From NCBI GenBank assembly GCA_050011835.1, contig JBEKII010000004.1:8386-72385 (forward strand): 64,000 nucleotides of DNA, written 5' to 3'. Within the stretch, counting starts at the first letter, position 1; each line of letters starts with the position of its first letter. The notes under the pieces are model-generated. The model made no database searches. It saw nothing but the letters and a program-made list of their open reading frames with translations, and was not told the origin of the DNA. Source of the DNA: Minisyncoccia bacterium. GTDB lineage: Bacteria; Patescibacteriota; Minisyncoccia; Phycocordibacterales; Phycocordibacteraceae. The position numbers and the translations under genes are program-made. Shown here piece after piece: positions 29,700 to 39,588 of this stretch.

Positions 29700-30350
29700 T
29701 CAAATTGAGAGCGCGAAACGCTCGAGAGAAAGAGAGAGGTCGAGACCTTTGCGACGAGAATTCTGGAGAAGAGAAATGAGGGCGAGCGATAATCGCCGCG
29801 ATTCTTTTGAAGTCCACACCCTGCTTCCCTTTTCCATCAAGTTGCGCGCTCTCCAATGCAGGAGGCCGTGGAGCATTTCCGGCGCGTCGCCCGCCATAAG
29901 CGCGCGATTGATTTCCAGCCAAAGTTTCTCACGATTTTTCGCGCTAAGAGCATTGACTAAATTTGAATTGAACCCTCGCGTATCTTCATGGGCAACGGAT
30001 TTGTCGTATGTATATACAACTTTTGCTCTCGCCGCGAGTTTTTTCGCTTTCGCCGTCGTGAGCCGAGGCGCAAGAAGAATAATTGCATTATCAGAGGCGG
30101 CGAGATTTTCAATATGTTCTTCAAGAATATCTGTCGTCTCCTCTTGAAAGGGATCGTCAATGAGTATCAAAAGCCGCTTTACAAAAAGTCCGCCCAAAGA
30201 CGCGGCATCTTCAAGCGCCGCAGGAGTCACGTCCTCGCGCGCGAGCCGCACATAAACAAGATTTGGTTCTTTTGTTCTCGCGGCCGCAACCCACTCAAAT
30301 GCCTTTGCGCGCGTTTTCTCTACATCACTACCGTGAAAAAGAAAAATCAT
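29700..30350 (-). CDS. holA: DNA polymerase III delta subunit-like (short HolA)
   Basis: MIFLFHGSD...FVKRLLILID pattern of the HolA N-terminal domain; operon with polA; 216 aa is short, so the call is tentative. Confidence 0.45.
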   Translation of the reverse strand: MIFLFHGSDVEKTRAKAFEWVAAARTKEPNLVYVRLAREDVTPAALEDAASLGGLFVKRLLILIDDPFQEETTDILEEHIENLAASDNAIILLAPRLTTAKAKKLAARAKVVYTYDKSVAHEDTRGFNSNLVNALSAKNREKLWLEINRALMAGDAPEMLHGLLHWRARNLMEKGSRVWTSKESRRLSLALISLLQNSRRKGLDLSLSLERFALSI

Positions 30351-32722
30351 ATTTCATGAAGAGCTCCCCAGTCAGTTCCCTGCTTCATCGCAGCAACAAT
30401 GGGGACGCCGTATGTCTTGTCAGCAGGCATCAGTGATTCCATCGTTCCTTTAACTTGCGTGCCCAATTCTTCCGCACGAGTAGAGCGAATCTCATATACC
30501 AATTCATCATGCACGGAAAGAAGGAGGTGAGCGTCACTGCGCGCGTTTTCATTTTCTAGAATGTCATCTGCCCGCACCATCGCGAGCTTGATGAGGTCCG
30601 CTTGTGTTCCCTGCAAGGGCGCATTGACGGCCATGCGCTCGGCTTGCGCCCGCACATACGGCAAGGACGATTTCATTTCTGGAAACTGCCGGCGCCGACC
30701 GAAGAAGGTTTCGGTGTAGCCATGCTTCCGTGCGAACCCTTTAGTTTTTTCAAGATATTCAGAAAGCGTCGTGAATTGCTCAAAGTAATTATCGTAAAAC
30801 GCATGCGCTTCGGCGGTCGTCGTGCCGAGCTGCTGCCGAAGCGCATTTACCCCCATGCCATAGAGAATGCCGAAGTTGATAACTTTCGCCCGGCGGCGCA
30901 TTTCAGCATCAACCGCTTCGGGCGCAACGTGGAATACAAATGCGGCAACTTCTCGGTGCACGTCTCTTCCGCTCCTGAATATGGTACACAGCTTCTCATC
31001 GCCAGAAAGAATCGCCGCGAGCCGCAGTTCTATTTGCGAATAATCAAGTGAGACGAGCGTGAACCCCGATGGCGCGACAAATGCGCGGCGTATCGCCCGA
31101 CCACGCTCCGAATGGAGTGGGATGTTTTGGAGATTTGGATTTTGAGATGCCAATCGTCCGGTCGTCGTACCGGTCTGAATGAATTCGGCATGCAGGCGAT
31201 TATCGGCATCAAGAAGCGGAGGAAGATTTTCAATATAGGTTGAAAGGAGTTTTTTTAATTCGCGATAATCAAGAATATCGTCGATAATCGGATGCGCGCC
31301 GCGAATTTTTTCAAGTTCGCTCTCGCGCGTCGAGCGCGCCCCTCCTGCGGTCTTCTTCTGCCGTTCCGGAATAAGATGAAGTTCGTCAAAAAGTACCGCG
31401 CCAAGCTGTTGGGGAGAATTCACGTTGAACTCGTGTCCCGCCGTTTTAAAGATACGTTTCTCAATTGTTTCAAGTTCTGTTCGATAATCTTTTGCGAGAG
31501 CCCTGAGAACGGCGGGATCGATGAGAACACCTCGCGTTTCCATCCTTTCTATGACCGGAATAAGCGGCTTTTCAATTTTTTCGTATACCTCGTGCACTTT
31601 CCCGAGTTCGGCGATGTGTTTCTCAAGCGCCGCATATGCCTTGTCAAAAGTTCGCTCCTTCGTAAATGCGAGAATATCGTCAAGCGACGGATTAGTGAAT
31701 TCGGACGAAATAAGCCAGAGCATTACCTGCCCCTCGCGCAGACGCCCAGGGTCTACTGCCTCGGGAATGGGCTCTGATATCTCCGCCGCTCGCACGCCGA
31801 GCACCGCTCGTGCCCGTTCTCGCAATGACCGGAAACCGAATTCGTCAAAAAGCGCCAACACTTTTTGCACGTCAACATTCTCGCGCCACGGTCGATCGGA
31901 CAATGCGAAAGCAATTGAAGCGTCAAGACGTATCGTCGCGAGTGATTTTGAAAAATAAGCATCTTCTTTGTGTTCTTTCAAAAGTGCAACTATGCGCGGT
32001 TTTATTCCTTTTTTTATAAATGCCGCGTTATTCTTCTTCAACGTCGCGTATATTTTTTCAATGGAGCCAAATTTCGTTATGAGTTCAGTCGCGGTTTTCT
32101 CGCCAATGCCTTTCACGCCTTTGATGTTATCGGAAGCGTCGCCGCAAAGTCCTTTCCAATCGGGAATAAGCGCGGGGAGAAAACCAAACCGCGCCTTGAC
32201 CGCCTCTTCGTCATAAAGAATTGTGTCGTTAATTCCTCGCTTCAACGTGTACACCTGAACGCGTTTATCTTGAACGAGCTGAAGAGTGTCCATATCGCCC
32301 GAAGCAATGATGACATCAATATTTTGTCCGCCGGAGCCGGATAATGTGTGCGCAATAGTGCCAAGGATGTCATCGGCTTCAAAACCTTCCCGTTCGTAAA
32401 TGGGAATAGAAAACGCCTCAAAGACCTTGCGCGACTCCTGAAGCTGTGACGCGAGCGCATCGTCCGTCTTCGCTCGCGTCGCCTTGTATCCTTCGTACGC
32501 CTCATGGCGAATGGTCGGCTTCGGCAAGTCGTAACAGGCGGCCATATAATCGGGCTTGAGATCGGTAATTATTTTGAGCAGCATTGAAACGAGACCGTAA
32601 AGAGCGCCTGTCGGTGTACCGGATGGACCGGTGAGTTCCGGTAATGCATGATAGGCGCGATGGATAATCGCGTGCGAATCAAGGAGCACGATGCGTTTCT
32701 TCACGGAAGTTTTTTTAGTCAT
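30347..32722 (-). CDS. polA: DNA polymerase I
   Basis: 5'-3' exonuclease N-domain (VLLDSHAIIHRAYHA), polymerase motifs RRAAKVINFGILYGMG and HDELVYE; start trimmed to MTKKTSVKKRIVLLD. Confidence 0.9.
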   Translation of the reverse strand: MTKKTSVKKRIVLLDSHAIIHRAYHALPELTGPSGTPTGALYGLVSMLLKIITDLKPDYMAACYDLPKPTIRHEAYEGYKATRAKTDDALASQLQESRKVFEAFSIPIYEREGFEADDILGTIAHTLSGSGGQNIDVIIASGDMDTLQLVQDKRVQVYTLKRGINDTILYDEEAVKARFGFLPALIPDWKGLCGDASDNIKGVKGIGEKTATELITKFGSIEKIYATLKKNNAAFIKKGIKPRIVALLKEHKEDAYFSKSLATIRLDASIAFALSDRPWRENVDVQKVLALFDEFGFRSLRERARAVLGVRAAEISEPIPEAVDPGRLREGQVMLWLISSEFTNPSLDDILAFTKERTFDKAYAALEKHIAELGKVHEVYEKIEKPLIPVIERMETRGVLIDPAVLRALAKDYRTELETIEKRIFKTAGHEFNVNSPQQLGAVLFDELHLIPERQKKTAGGARSTRESELEKIRGAHPIIDDILDYRELKKLLSTYIENLPPLLDADNRLHAEFIQTGTTTGRLASQNPNLQNIPLHSERGRAIRRAFVAPSGFTLVSLDYSQIELRLAAILSGDEKLCTIFRSGRDVHREVAAFVFHVAPEAVDAEMRRRAKVINFGILYGMGVNALRQQLGTTTAEAHAFYDNYFEQFTTLSEYLEKTKGFARKHGYTETFFGRRRQFPEMKSSLPYVRAQAERMAVNAPLQGTQADLIKLAMVRADDILENENARSDAHLLLSVHDELVYEIRSTRAEELGTQVKGTMESLMPADKTYGVPIVAAMKQGTDWGALHEI

Positions 32723-33167
32723 ATGAAATGATGCGTGTGGCGTCGGGAAGCGAGACGAAAGAGAGATGCGCCGCAGGTACTGGAAGCGCGCTCTGAACTT
32801 TCTCCGGCCACTCAAGCAGAATAAGATTATTCGCGTCTCGCATAAGTTCGTCAAAACCAAGTGGAGCGAGGTCGCTCCCTGCTTCAAGCCGATACGCGTC
32901 AATGTGAACGAGCCGCGAAAATGCTTTTGCGTTTTCGTCCAGAGCAGAAGCGAGGGAATAAATTTTCTCAAGAACAAAAGTGGGGCTGTTCACCATTTCT
33001 TCAACGCCGAGCGCCCGCGCGACCGCTTTAACAAAGGCGGTCTTCCCCGCCCCGAGCTCTCCGGAAAGAACGACGAGCGTCGCGCTGCCTTCTCTCGGAG
33101 TCAGTTCGCCAACGAAACGCGCCGCTTCGGCATCAAGCTCGGTAAGCGTTTTAACCGATTTCTCCAT
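32715..33167 (-). CDS. tsaE: tRNA threonylcarbamoyladenosine biosynthesis protein TsaE
   Basis: P-loop LSGELGAGKTAFVKAVARALG; ~150 aa; start trimmed to MEKSVKTL. Confidence 0.75.
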   Translation of the reverse strand: MEKSVKTLTELDAEAARFVGELTPREGSATLVVLSGELGAGKTAFVKAVARALGVEEMVNSPTFVLEKIYSLASALDENAKAFSRLVHIDAYRLEAGSDLAPLGFDELMRDANNLILLEWPEKVQSALPVPAAHLSFVSLPDATRIISYD

Positions 33168-33236
33168 TACGATAATTGTACTCTGAAAATGAAAGTGCGC
33201 CCAAGTCTCCGAGAGACTGGGCGCACTGTTTGCCAC

Positions 33237-33545
33237 TTACCACCGGCGGCCATGGAACCCCATACCAAAGCGGATCCCAAACCCAACGACTGGATAGCCA
33301 TAACACGGCGCATAGACCGATGGGTATACATAAACTGGTGGGAGTTGAACATAGACAGTCTGTGGGGGTGGTTGAACATAATCCGGTGCCGGCGGTGGTT
33401 GAAATGCAGGTGCCGGAGGTTGCGTTCCGGACGGAGTAGAGCAGTATTGCACCCCATTCAACAAAATACACTCCGCGCAGACAGTTGTGGCCGTCGCGGC
33501 CACCATAACCCCGATAAAAAGAGCTAAAAACATCCACTTTTTCAT
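33237..33545 (-). CDS. Small secreted proline-rich protein
   Basis: Signal peptide MKKWMFLALFIGVMVAATA, then a PxxP-rich Cys-containing region. Confidence 0.4.
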   Translation of the reverse strand: MKKWMFLALFIGVMVAATATTVCAECILLNGVQYCSTPSGTQPPAPAFQPPPAPDYVQPPPQTVYVQLPPVYVYPSVYAPCYGYPVVGFGIRFGMGFHGRRW

Positions 33546-33656
33546 AATAGTTTCCTCCCTTCGTTTATTCTTGCTCTAGTATACACGAAACGGTATCTTT
33601 GTCAAGTACCCTTTTGGGGTCTAAATCTCGGTGTATTATCGGTGTATTATGTGTAA

Positions 33657-35327
33657 ATGGATTTACCATTTGATATCGGACAAGAAACAAGAAAGCTCAC
33701 CGAAGTGCGCGAGCGAGAAGAGGAGGATGTCGCGCGCATTCTCTCCGAAAAGTACGGCATGACATACGTTGACCTTTCATTAAAGGAAATAAACAGCGAT
33801 GCCCTCCGCACGATTCCTGAAGACGAGGCGCGCCTCGCTGAAGTGGCGGCCTTCGCGCGCGTCGCCGAGGTGCTCTCGCTCGCCGTCCACAATCCGAACA
33901 ACCCCGCATTCATTAAACTTCGCGCCGAGCTCGTCGGGCGCGGATTCTCACTGCAAGAATTCCTCGTTTCGCAGAAGAGCTTGGATCGAGCGTTCGCTCG
34001 TTATGCTGACCTTACATTCTCTACCGAATCAAAAGCGGGCGGTTTCATTATTAACAAAGAAGTGCTCGCAAGACTCATAAAGGAAAACGGAACGCGGAGC
34101 GCTCTGAAGCAAGAACTTGACGCCACCACGACCCTGAAATCGCTTGACCGCGTCTCGCGCATTTTAGAAGCCGTTCTCGCGGGCGCTTTCGCGCTTCGCT
34201 CCTCCGATATTCATTTTGAACCAGAGGAAGAAAGAACTCGTTTGCGATTGCGCATTGATGGCATTCTGTTTGACACGTATTTTTTTGATCCGGCGACCTA
34301 TCATCAGCTCAACTCGCGCATCAAACTGCTCTCGGGCGTGAAGCTCAACGTTACCAATCGGGCGCAAGACGGACGTTTCAGTGTCTTGCACGAGAATAAC
34401 TCGGTAGAAATGCGCGTTTCCTTCATCCCCGGCAATTATGGAGAAGCCATCGTCATGCGTATTCTTAATCCCGAAGCGACCAAGGTCTCTTATAAGGAGC
34501 TCGGTATCCATCCGAAACTCCTCGCGCGTCTCGAGAGAGAAATCCGCCGTCCGAACGGCATGCTGCTCACGACCGGCCCCACCGGGAGCGGAAAGACGAC
34601 CACGCTTTACTCATTTCTCCGCGAGATTCACACGCCGGAAATAAAAATCATCACGATTGAAGACCCGGTTGAATACCATCTTGACGGTATTGTGCAAACG
34701 CAAGTCGCAGGAACGAAATACACCTTCGCCGAAGGGCTCAAGTCAATTGTCCGCCAGGACCCGGATATCATTATGGTCGGCGAAATCCGCGATAGTGAGA
34801 CCGCCGACATCGCCATCCAAGCGGCGCTCACGGGCCATTTCGTTTTCTCCACCCTCCACACCAATGACGCCGCTGGCACCTTCCCGCGCCTTACGGACCT
34901 CGGCGCGGACCCGAAATCCTTCGGTTCGGCAATTACTGTTTCCATGGCGCAACGTCTCTTGCGCCGACTTGACCCGGATAAAAAGAAAGAACGCTCGCTT
35001 ACCGACGACGAGAAAAAAATGATTGCAAAAGTATTTGAACCACTCGCCGACAAATCACTCGTTCCGGAAAAAATAGAAAAGGTTTGGGACCCGGCTCCCG
35101 CGAACGAAGACGAGACCGGCTTCAGGGGCCGCATCGGCCTGTACGAGGCAATTTTCATGGATGATGCGCTTGCAAATTTCCTTCGCGATAATCCGCCAGA
35201 AAACGAAATCGCGAAATTTACCTCAAAACAGGGCTACCTCACAATGGCGCAGGACGGCATCGTCAAAGCTCTTGCTGGTATCACGTCCCTTTCCGAAGTC
35301 GCCAATACCGTTGACCTTCCTAGGTGA
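33657..35327 (+). CDS. pilB: Type IV pilus assembly / type II secretion ATPase PilB (GspE family)
   Basis: Walker A TGPTGSGKTTTLYS, GEIRD and His-box THTNDAAG; N1/N2 domains. Confidence 0.9.
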   Translation: MDLPFDIGQETRKLTEVREREEEDVARILSEKYGMTYVDLSLKEINSDALRTIPEDEARLAEVAAFARVAEVLSLAVHNPNNPAFIKLRAELVGRGFSLQEFLVSQKSLDRAFARYADLTFSTESKAGGFIINKEVLARLIKENGTRSALKQELDATTTLKSLDRVSRILEAVLAGAFALRSSDIHFEPEEERTRLRLRIDGILFDTYFFDPATYHQLNSRIKLLSGVKLNVTNRAQDGRFSVLHENNSVEMRVSFIPGNYGEAIVMRILNPEATKVSYKELGIHPKLLARLEREIRRPNGMLLTTGPTGSGKTTTLYSFLREIHTPEIKIITIEDPVEYHLDGIVQTQVAGTKYTFAEGLKSIVRQDPDIIMVGEIRDSETADIAIQAALTGHFVFSTLHTNDAAGTFPRLTDLGADPKSFGSAITVSMAQRLLRRLDPDKKKERSLTDDEKKMIAKVFEPLADKSLVPEKIEKVWDPAPANEDETGFRGRIGLYEAIFMDDALANFLRDNPPENEIAKFTSKQGYLTMAQDGIVKALAGITSLSEVANTVDLPR

Positions 35328-35333
35328 AGAAAA

Positions 35334-36878
35334 ATGGAAAAAATTCCAAACAAAGAACAGGATCCGAAACAACGAACGCCGGAGGAAAAAGATATTCTTC
35401 GCGCACGTCTAAATTCAATAGTGAGCCAGAGCATCACGACAGCAAATATTGATACGTTCGCCGATTCGGCCCTCAATGAGCTTATTTTGTTTACCGGGGA
35501 AATTGTTGAGCACTATAAAACCGAACATCCGAAAGATATAGGTTCCGGGAAAGAACTCGAGGACCGTGCTTTCTCCACTTACGGTCTTGATGATTTAAAT
35601 TTGTACCTCGTACGTGTTCAGGAAAAGTCTGACCAGATTCATCAGCTTGATAAAGCATTGCAGGATATGAGTAATATCCCTGAGGTAATTACTCCTCCTG
35701 ATAAAAATAGTTCTTTTGTTAAAAGTAGTAACAGTAGCAATCCCTTTGAAGAAAAAGTGCTGATATCAAGACTGAAACTACTTTTGTATATTTTAGGTAA
35801 CGATTTCAATCTAAAACTTGAGGATGTTCAGCTTACCCGGGGAATTGTAACTGACACTATGGTGCGTCGAGAAAGTTATGTGACAGCAGAAATTCCCGCA
35901 CTACGTCGTGTTGTTCAAATCTGCGATGAAGAAGGAAACGCCAGTTACGTGTTTGATGGTGAAATTATGGCGCAAGAAGGAATCAGTGTCGCTGACTTGA
36001 ATCGTTCCGAGAAGCGAGAAAAAAATGAGCTTATAGATAAGTTCAGAGGGATTGGCACTCGCCTGATTCAACAAGCACATTGGCGCGACGTGATGGCAGA
36101 ATTTCTCTCCTCCCCTCTAGAGAAACCCGAGGAGGAAACGGTTGATCCGACATCAAAGGACCTGCCACAAGTTATAACTTCTGAATTCGATCCTTGGCGT
36201 GGTTTTCTTGAGGCAGATGGTATGCGCTGGGGGACAAAAAATGCAATTATTGCGTATCTTCACACAAATCATGAAACGATAGGTTCTTTTATTAAAAAGC
36301 ATCCGGAAATCCCTTCAAAAGAAGTGCGGGACTTGACAGGGAAAAAAAGAGAATCCTATCCAATAGAACAGATTGAGCCGAAATTTAAAGAACTTTTTTC
36401 CCTTTCTAAAGTCGCAACAAGCGGCGAGTGGAAAGGATTCTACGAAAGCGAGGACAAACATTGGGGAACAGCACACACAATCGCTATGCGATTAGGTTTA
36501 ACTAAAGGTACCATAGAGCCTCTTGTCAGAAAACATCCTGAAATTCAATCTAAAAGGGTGCGCGATTTAACAAACAAGGAAGCAAAAGCTTATTCTCTAG
36601 AACAAATCAAATCCAATGTTGATGAGTTTCTTTCTCTCCCTAAAGTCGCAACAAGCGGCGAGTGGAAAGGATTCTACGAAAGCGAAGGTGAGCACTGGGG
36701 ACCAATTAATACGATAGAACACTTCTTGGGGGTACTCAGGGGTAATATTTATTACCAAATTAAAAGACATCCTGAAATTCCATCAAAGAAACTGAGGGAT
36801 CTGACGGGAAAGGAAATATCAAATGCTTATTCTCTGGAACAAATTAAAAATATATTCAAAATAAAATCCCGTCCGTAA
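35334..36878 (+). CDS. Tandem-repeat protein (three ~55-aa repeats: HPEIPSK.VRDLT...SLEQI...ATSGEWKGFYESE..HWG), function unknown
   Basis: 514-aa ORF directly after pilB; internal nucleotide-identical ~47-nt repeats at ~36406 and ~36640. Confidence 0.5.
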   Translation: MEKIPNKEQDPKQRTPEEKDILRARLNSIVSQSITTANIDTFADSALNELILFTGEIVEHYKTEHPKDIGSGKELEDRAFSTYGLDDLNLYLVRVQEKSDQIHQLDKALQDMSNIPEVITPPDKNSSFVKSSNSSNPFEEKVLISRLKLLLYILGNDFNLKLEDVQLTRGIVTDTMVRRESYVTAEIPALRRVVQICDEEGNASYVFDGEIMAQEGISVADLNRSEKREKNELIDKFRGIGTRLIQQAHWRDVMAEFLSSPLEKPEEETVDPTSKDLPQVITSEFDPWRGFLEADGMRWGTKNAIIAYLHTNHETIGSFIKKHPEIPSKEVRDLTGKKRESYPIEQIEPKFKELFSLSKVATSGEWKGFYESEDKHWGTAHTIAMRLGLTKGTIEPLVRKHPEIQSKRVRDLTNKEAKAYSLEQIKSNVDEFLSLPKVATSGEWKGFYESEGEHWGPINTIEHFLGVLRGNIYYQIKRHPEIPSKKLRDLTGKEISNAYSLEQIKNIFKIKSRP

Positions 36879-36906
36879 TCCTCAAGACCCCGCCGGCACC
36901 GCCTCC

Positions 36907-37011
36907 CTAAAAACAGGATATCTCACGATAGCGCAGGACGGCATTCTCAAAGCCCTCGCCGGCATCACTTCCCTTTCCAAAGTCGCTGATACGATTGACC
37001 TGCCGAGATAA
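36907..37011 (+). pseudogene. Duplicated pilB 3'-end fragment (LKTGYLTIAQDGILKALAGITSLSKVADTIDLPR*)
   Basis: 34 of 35 codons align with the last 35 codons of pilB (…KQGYLTMAQDGIVKALAGITSLSEVANTVDLPR*), ~78% nt identity; lies directly after the repeat-protein gene. Confidence 0.6.
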
Positions 37012-37012
37012 A

Positions 37013-37045
37013 CAGAAGTCGCCTGACAGAGTCAGGCGACTTCTG
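37013..37045. terminator. Perfect 15-bp inverted repeat (CAGAAGTCGCCTGAC...GTCAGGCGACTTCTG), likely bidirectional terminator between convergent genes
   Basis: Direct read; sits between the pilB remnant (+) and a minus-strand ORF. Confidence 0.5.
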
Positions 37046-37052
37046 TCGGACG

Positions 37053-37259
37053 TTACTTGATGGTGACCTCACCCATCACCTGATAAAACTCTTGTTTCGA
37101 TATCACGTAAGGCCTCCTTTCTTTTTTGACAAAGACCACCTCCTGTTCACGCTCCTCCAGACAAAACCCGCGAGTTAACACGGGGAAGACGAAACACCTG
37201 AGGAGATTCCCAGCATAGTACCGAAGTACTGAACCAGGAATTCCTTGGGGAAACGCCAA
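37053..37259 (-). CDS. Hypothetical small protein
   Basis: 68-aa ORF, no recognisable motif. Confidence 0.3.
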   Translation of the reverse strand: MAFPQGIPGSVLRYYAGNLLRCFVFPVLTRGFCLEEREQEVVFVKKERRPYVISKQEFYQVMGEVTIK

Positions 37260-37336
37260 AAGCCGTCAAGCCCTTGCCTAGAGGAGTATGAACAGGAACA
37301 GAAATCGTGCTAGAATGCTAGCACTGCACGATTTTT

Positions 37337-38332
37337 ATGTCAACCCCCCTCAAAACTTCTTCCGAACCGTCTTCATCGCTCGATGCGGTGCTGCGCCCCA
37401 GCCATTGGGACGATTATGTCGGCCAGAAACAAGTGAAAGCGAGCGTGCGGATTTCTATTGATGCCGCGAAGAAGCGCGGCGGTATGCCTGAGCATTTCCT
37501 CTTCTATGGTCCGCCGGGAGTCGGGAAGACGACGCTCGCACACCTCGTCGCCGCGACACTTGAATCACCATTAAAAAGTACCTCGGGCGTCGCCATAGAG
37601 CGCGCCGGTGACCTCGCGGCGATATTGACCAACCTGGAACCGAACACTGTTCTTTTTATTGACGAAATTCATCGCCTCTCGCGCAAAATTGAAGAGCTTT
37701 TATATCCCGCGCTTGAGTCGGGCCATCTTGATATCGTACTCGGGAAAGGCCCTTCGGCACGCACGGTTGAGCTTGCGCTTCCGCCGTTCACATTGGTCGG
37801 CGCAACGACACGCGTTGCGGAACTTTCCGGACCGCTGCGCTCGCGCTTCGGCGGCGGCGTGTACCAGCTTGACTTCTACAGCGACAGCGATCTGCGTGAT
37901 ATCATTCGTCGTTCAGCTAGTCTGCTCAAACTTTCTGTTCCCGAAGAGGTTATCGAACGCATCGCGGCACGGAGTCGTGCGACGCCGCGTATTGCGAATG
38001 CACTCTTGAAGCGCGTGCGCGATTTCTCCGAAGTCCGCGAGCGGAAGCTCTCTACCGCACTTTGCGACGAGGCATGCGAACTTTTCGGCATTGATGCATT
38101 CGGACTTACGAAAGACGACCGTCGCTACCTCGAAACCCTTCACAAGAGCTTCAGAGGCGGTCCGGCAGGCGTTCGTGCTCTCGCGGCCGGTCTTCATGAA
38201 GATTCGGACACCGTTGAATATGTGTACGAACCGTATCTGCTTCGTCTCGGTTTCGTTGAGCGTTCTTCTCGCGGCCGTATACTCACACAAAAAGGCCGCG
38301 CTTATCTTGAAGACGGGCCGCTTTTATTTTGA
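37337..38332 (+). CDS. ruvB: Holliday junction DNA helicase RuvB
   Basis: HFLFYGPPGVGKTTLAHLVA Walker A, AAA+ sensor and winged-helix C-terminus. Confidence 0.9.
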   Translation: MSTPLKTSSEPSSSLDAVLRPSHWDDYVGQKQVKASVRISIDAAKKRGGMPEHFLFYGPPGVGKTTLAHLVAATLESPLKSTSGVAIERAGDLAAILTNLEPNTVLFIDEIHRLSRKIEELLYPALESGHLDIVLGKGPSARTVELALPPFTLVGATTRVAELSGPLRSRFGGGVYQLDFYSDSDLRDIIRRSASLLKLSVPEEVIERIAARSRATPRIANALLKRVRDFSEVRERKLSTALCDEACELFGIDAFGLTKDDRRYLETLHKSFRGGPAGVRALAAGLHEDSDTVEYVYEPYLLRLGFVERSSRGRILTQKGRAYLEDGPLLF

Positions 38333-38889
38333 GTATGTCCGGGCATAGCAAATGGTCTCAAATTAAGAGGCAGAAATCGGTAACCGACGCGGCAAAAAGC
38401 CGTGTCTTTGCGCGCTACGCGCGCCTCATTGCGCTTGAATCAAAAAAAGCAAACGGCATCTCATCGGCGCCAGGACTCTCGGTCGCCATCGCGCGCGCCA
38501 AAGCCGCAAATATGCCAAAAGATAATATCGACCGCGCGATTGCGAAGGGCACATCAAAAGACTCGGGAAATCTTGAGCGAATAACCTATGAAGCATACGG
38601 CCCGGGCGGCGTCGCGATACTTATTGATGTCCTCACCGACAACAAAAACCGGACGACGCAGGAGATGAAGCATGCACTTTTAAAACAAGGAGCGGAGCTT
38701 GCGATGCTTGGTGCTGCGAGTTGGGCATTTTCCAAAACCAGTGATGGATACATTCCCCGCGGGCCTCTCATTGAACTCTCGAATACTGATGAGGAGCGGC
38801 TTGCGGCTATTCTTAAGACACTTGATGAACATGATGACGTGCAAGAAGTATTCACGAATGCGCGCGGCTATGAGAATACTAGCGATTGA
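38329..38889 (+). CDS. yebC: YebC/PmpR family DNA-binding regulator
   Basis: MSGHSKWSQIKRQK N-terminal signature. Confidence 0.8.
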   Translation: MSMSGHSKWSQIKRQKSVTDAAKSRVFARYARLIALESKKANGISSAPGLSVAIARAKAANMPKDNIDRAIAKGTSKDSGNLERITYEAYGPGGVAILIDVLTDNKNRTTQEMKHALLKQGAELAMLGAASWAFSKTSDGYIPRGPLIELSNTDEERLAAILKTLDEHDDVQEVFTNARGYENTSD

Positions 38890-39346
38890 CCCCGGCTACG
38901 ACCGGCTCGGCATTGCAGTTATTGAAGGCGACTCTTCTCGGCCCACACTGATTTGGAGCGGGTGTGTGACGCCAGACAGGGGTCCGAGCGCGCAACGTCT
39001 TGCGTGCATATCAGACGCGGTTACAGAAGCGATTAGAGAATACTTGCCTGACGCCCTTGCCCTTGAGACGCTCTTCTTCAATGCAAATAAAAAAACGGCG
39101 CTCGGTGTTGCCGAAGCGCGTGGAGCGGTACTTGCCGCGACCGGCAGTGCTTCCCTGCCGGTCATAGAATGTTCCCCGCAACAAGTGAAGCTTGCCGTCA
39201 CCGGATATGGCAGCGCAGATAAAACAGCTGTCGCGAATATGATTCCACAACTCCTTATCCTTCCAAAAAAGAAACGCCTTGATGATGAGCTAGACGCAGT
39301 GGCAATCGGCATAACTGCCCTCGCCACTGGCCTCATTCGGCACTAA
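38870..39346 (+). CDS. ruvC: Crossover junction endodeoxyribonuclease RuvC
   Basis: MRILAIDPGYDRLGIAVIE N-terminus, RNase H-like fold; start trimmed. Confidence 0.8.
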   Translation: MRILAIDPGYDRLGIAVIEGDSSRPTLIWSGCVTPDRGPSAQRLACISDAVTEAIREYLPDALALETLFFNANKKTALGVAEARGAVLAATGSASLPVIECSPQQVKLAVTGYGSADKTAVANMIPQLLILPKKKRLDDELDAVAIGITALATGLIRH

Positions 39347-39588
39347 TCCACACCGAGAAATAAAAGTACTTGCGGGAAGAATTTTTTTTGTTTAAATATA
39401 CCAACCCCAGTGCGGGGTTAAACCTAAATCTATCCACTTATGGATATGGATGATATGAACCCTTATAATGAGGGCATCGACGCGGAGGAAGAGATGGCGA
39501 TCGGCCCTGAAGAGGAAGAAGAGAAGGAAGAGGACTGGTATTAAATAGCGCAGACAAGCCGCGTGGCCCCGCCACAAAGGGCGGGGTT

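Noticed and set aside
36400-36700. Possible CRISPR-like direct repeats
   Set aside because: The identical 47-nt repeats are in-frame coding repeats of one protein with no spacer architecture; no CRISPR array or cas genes were found in the window
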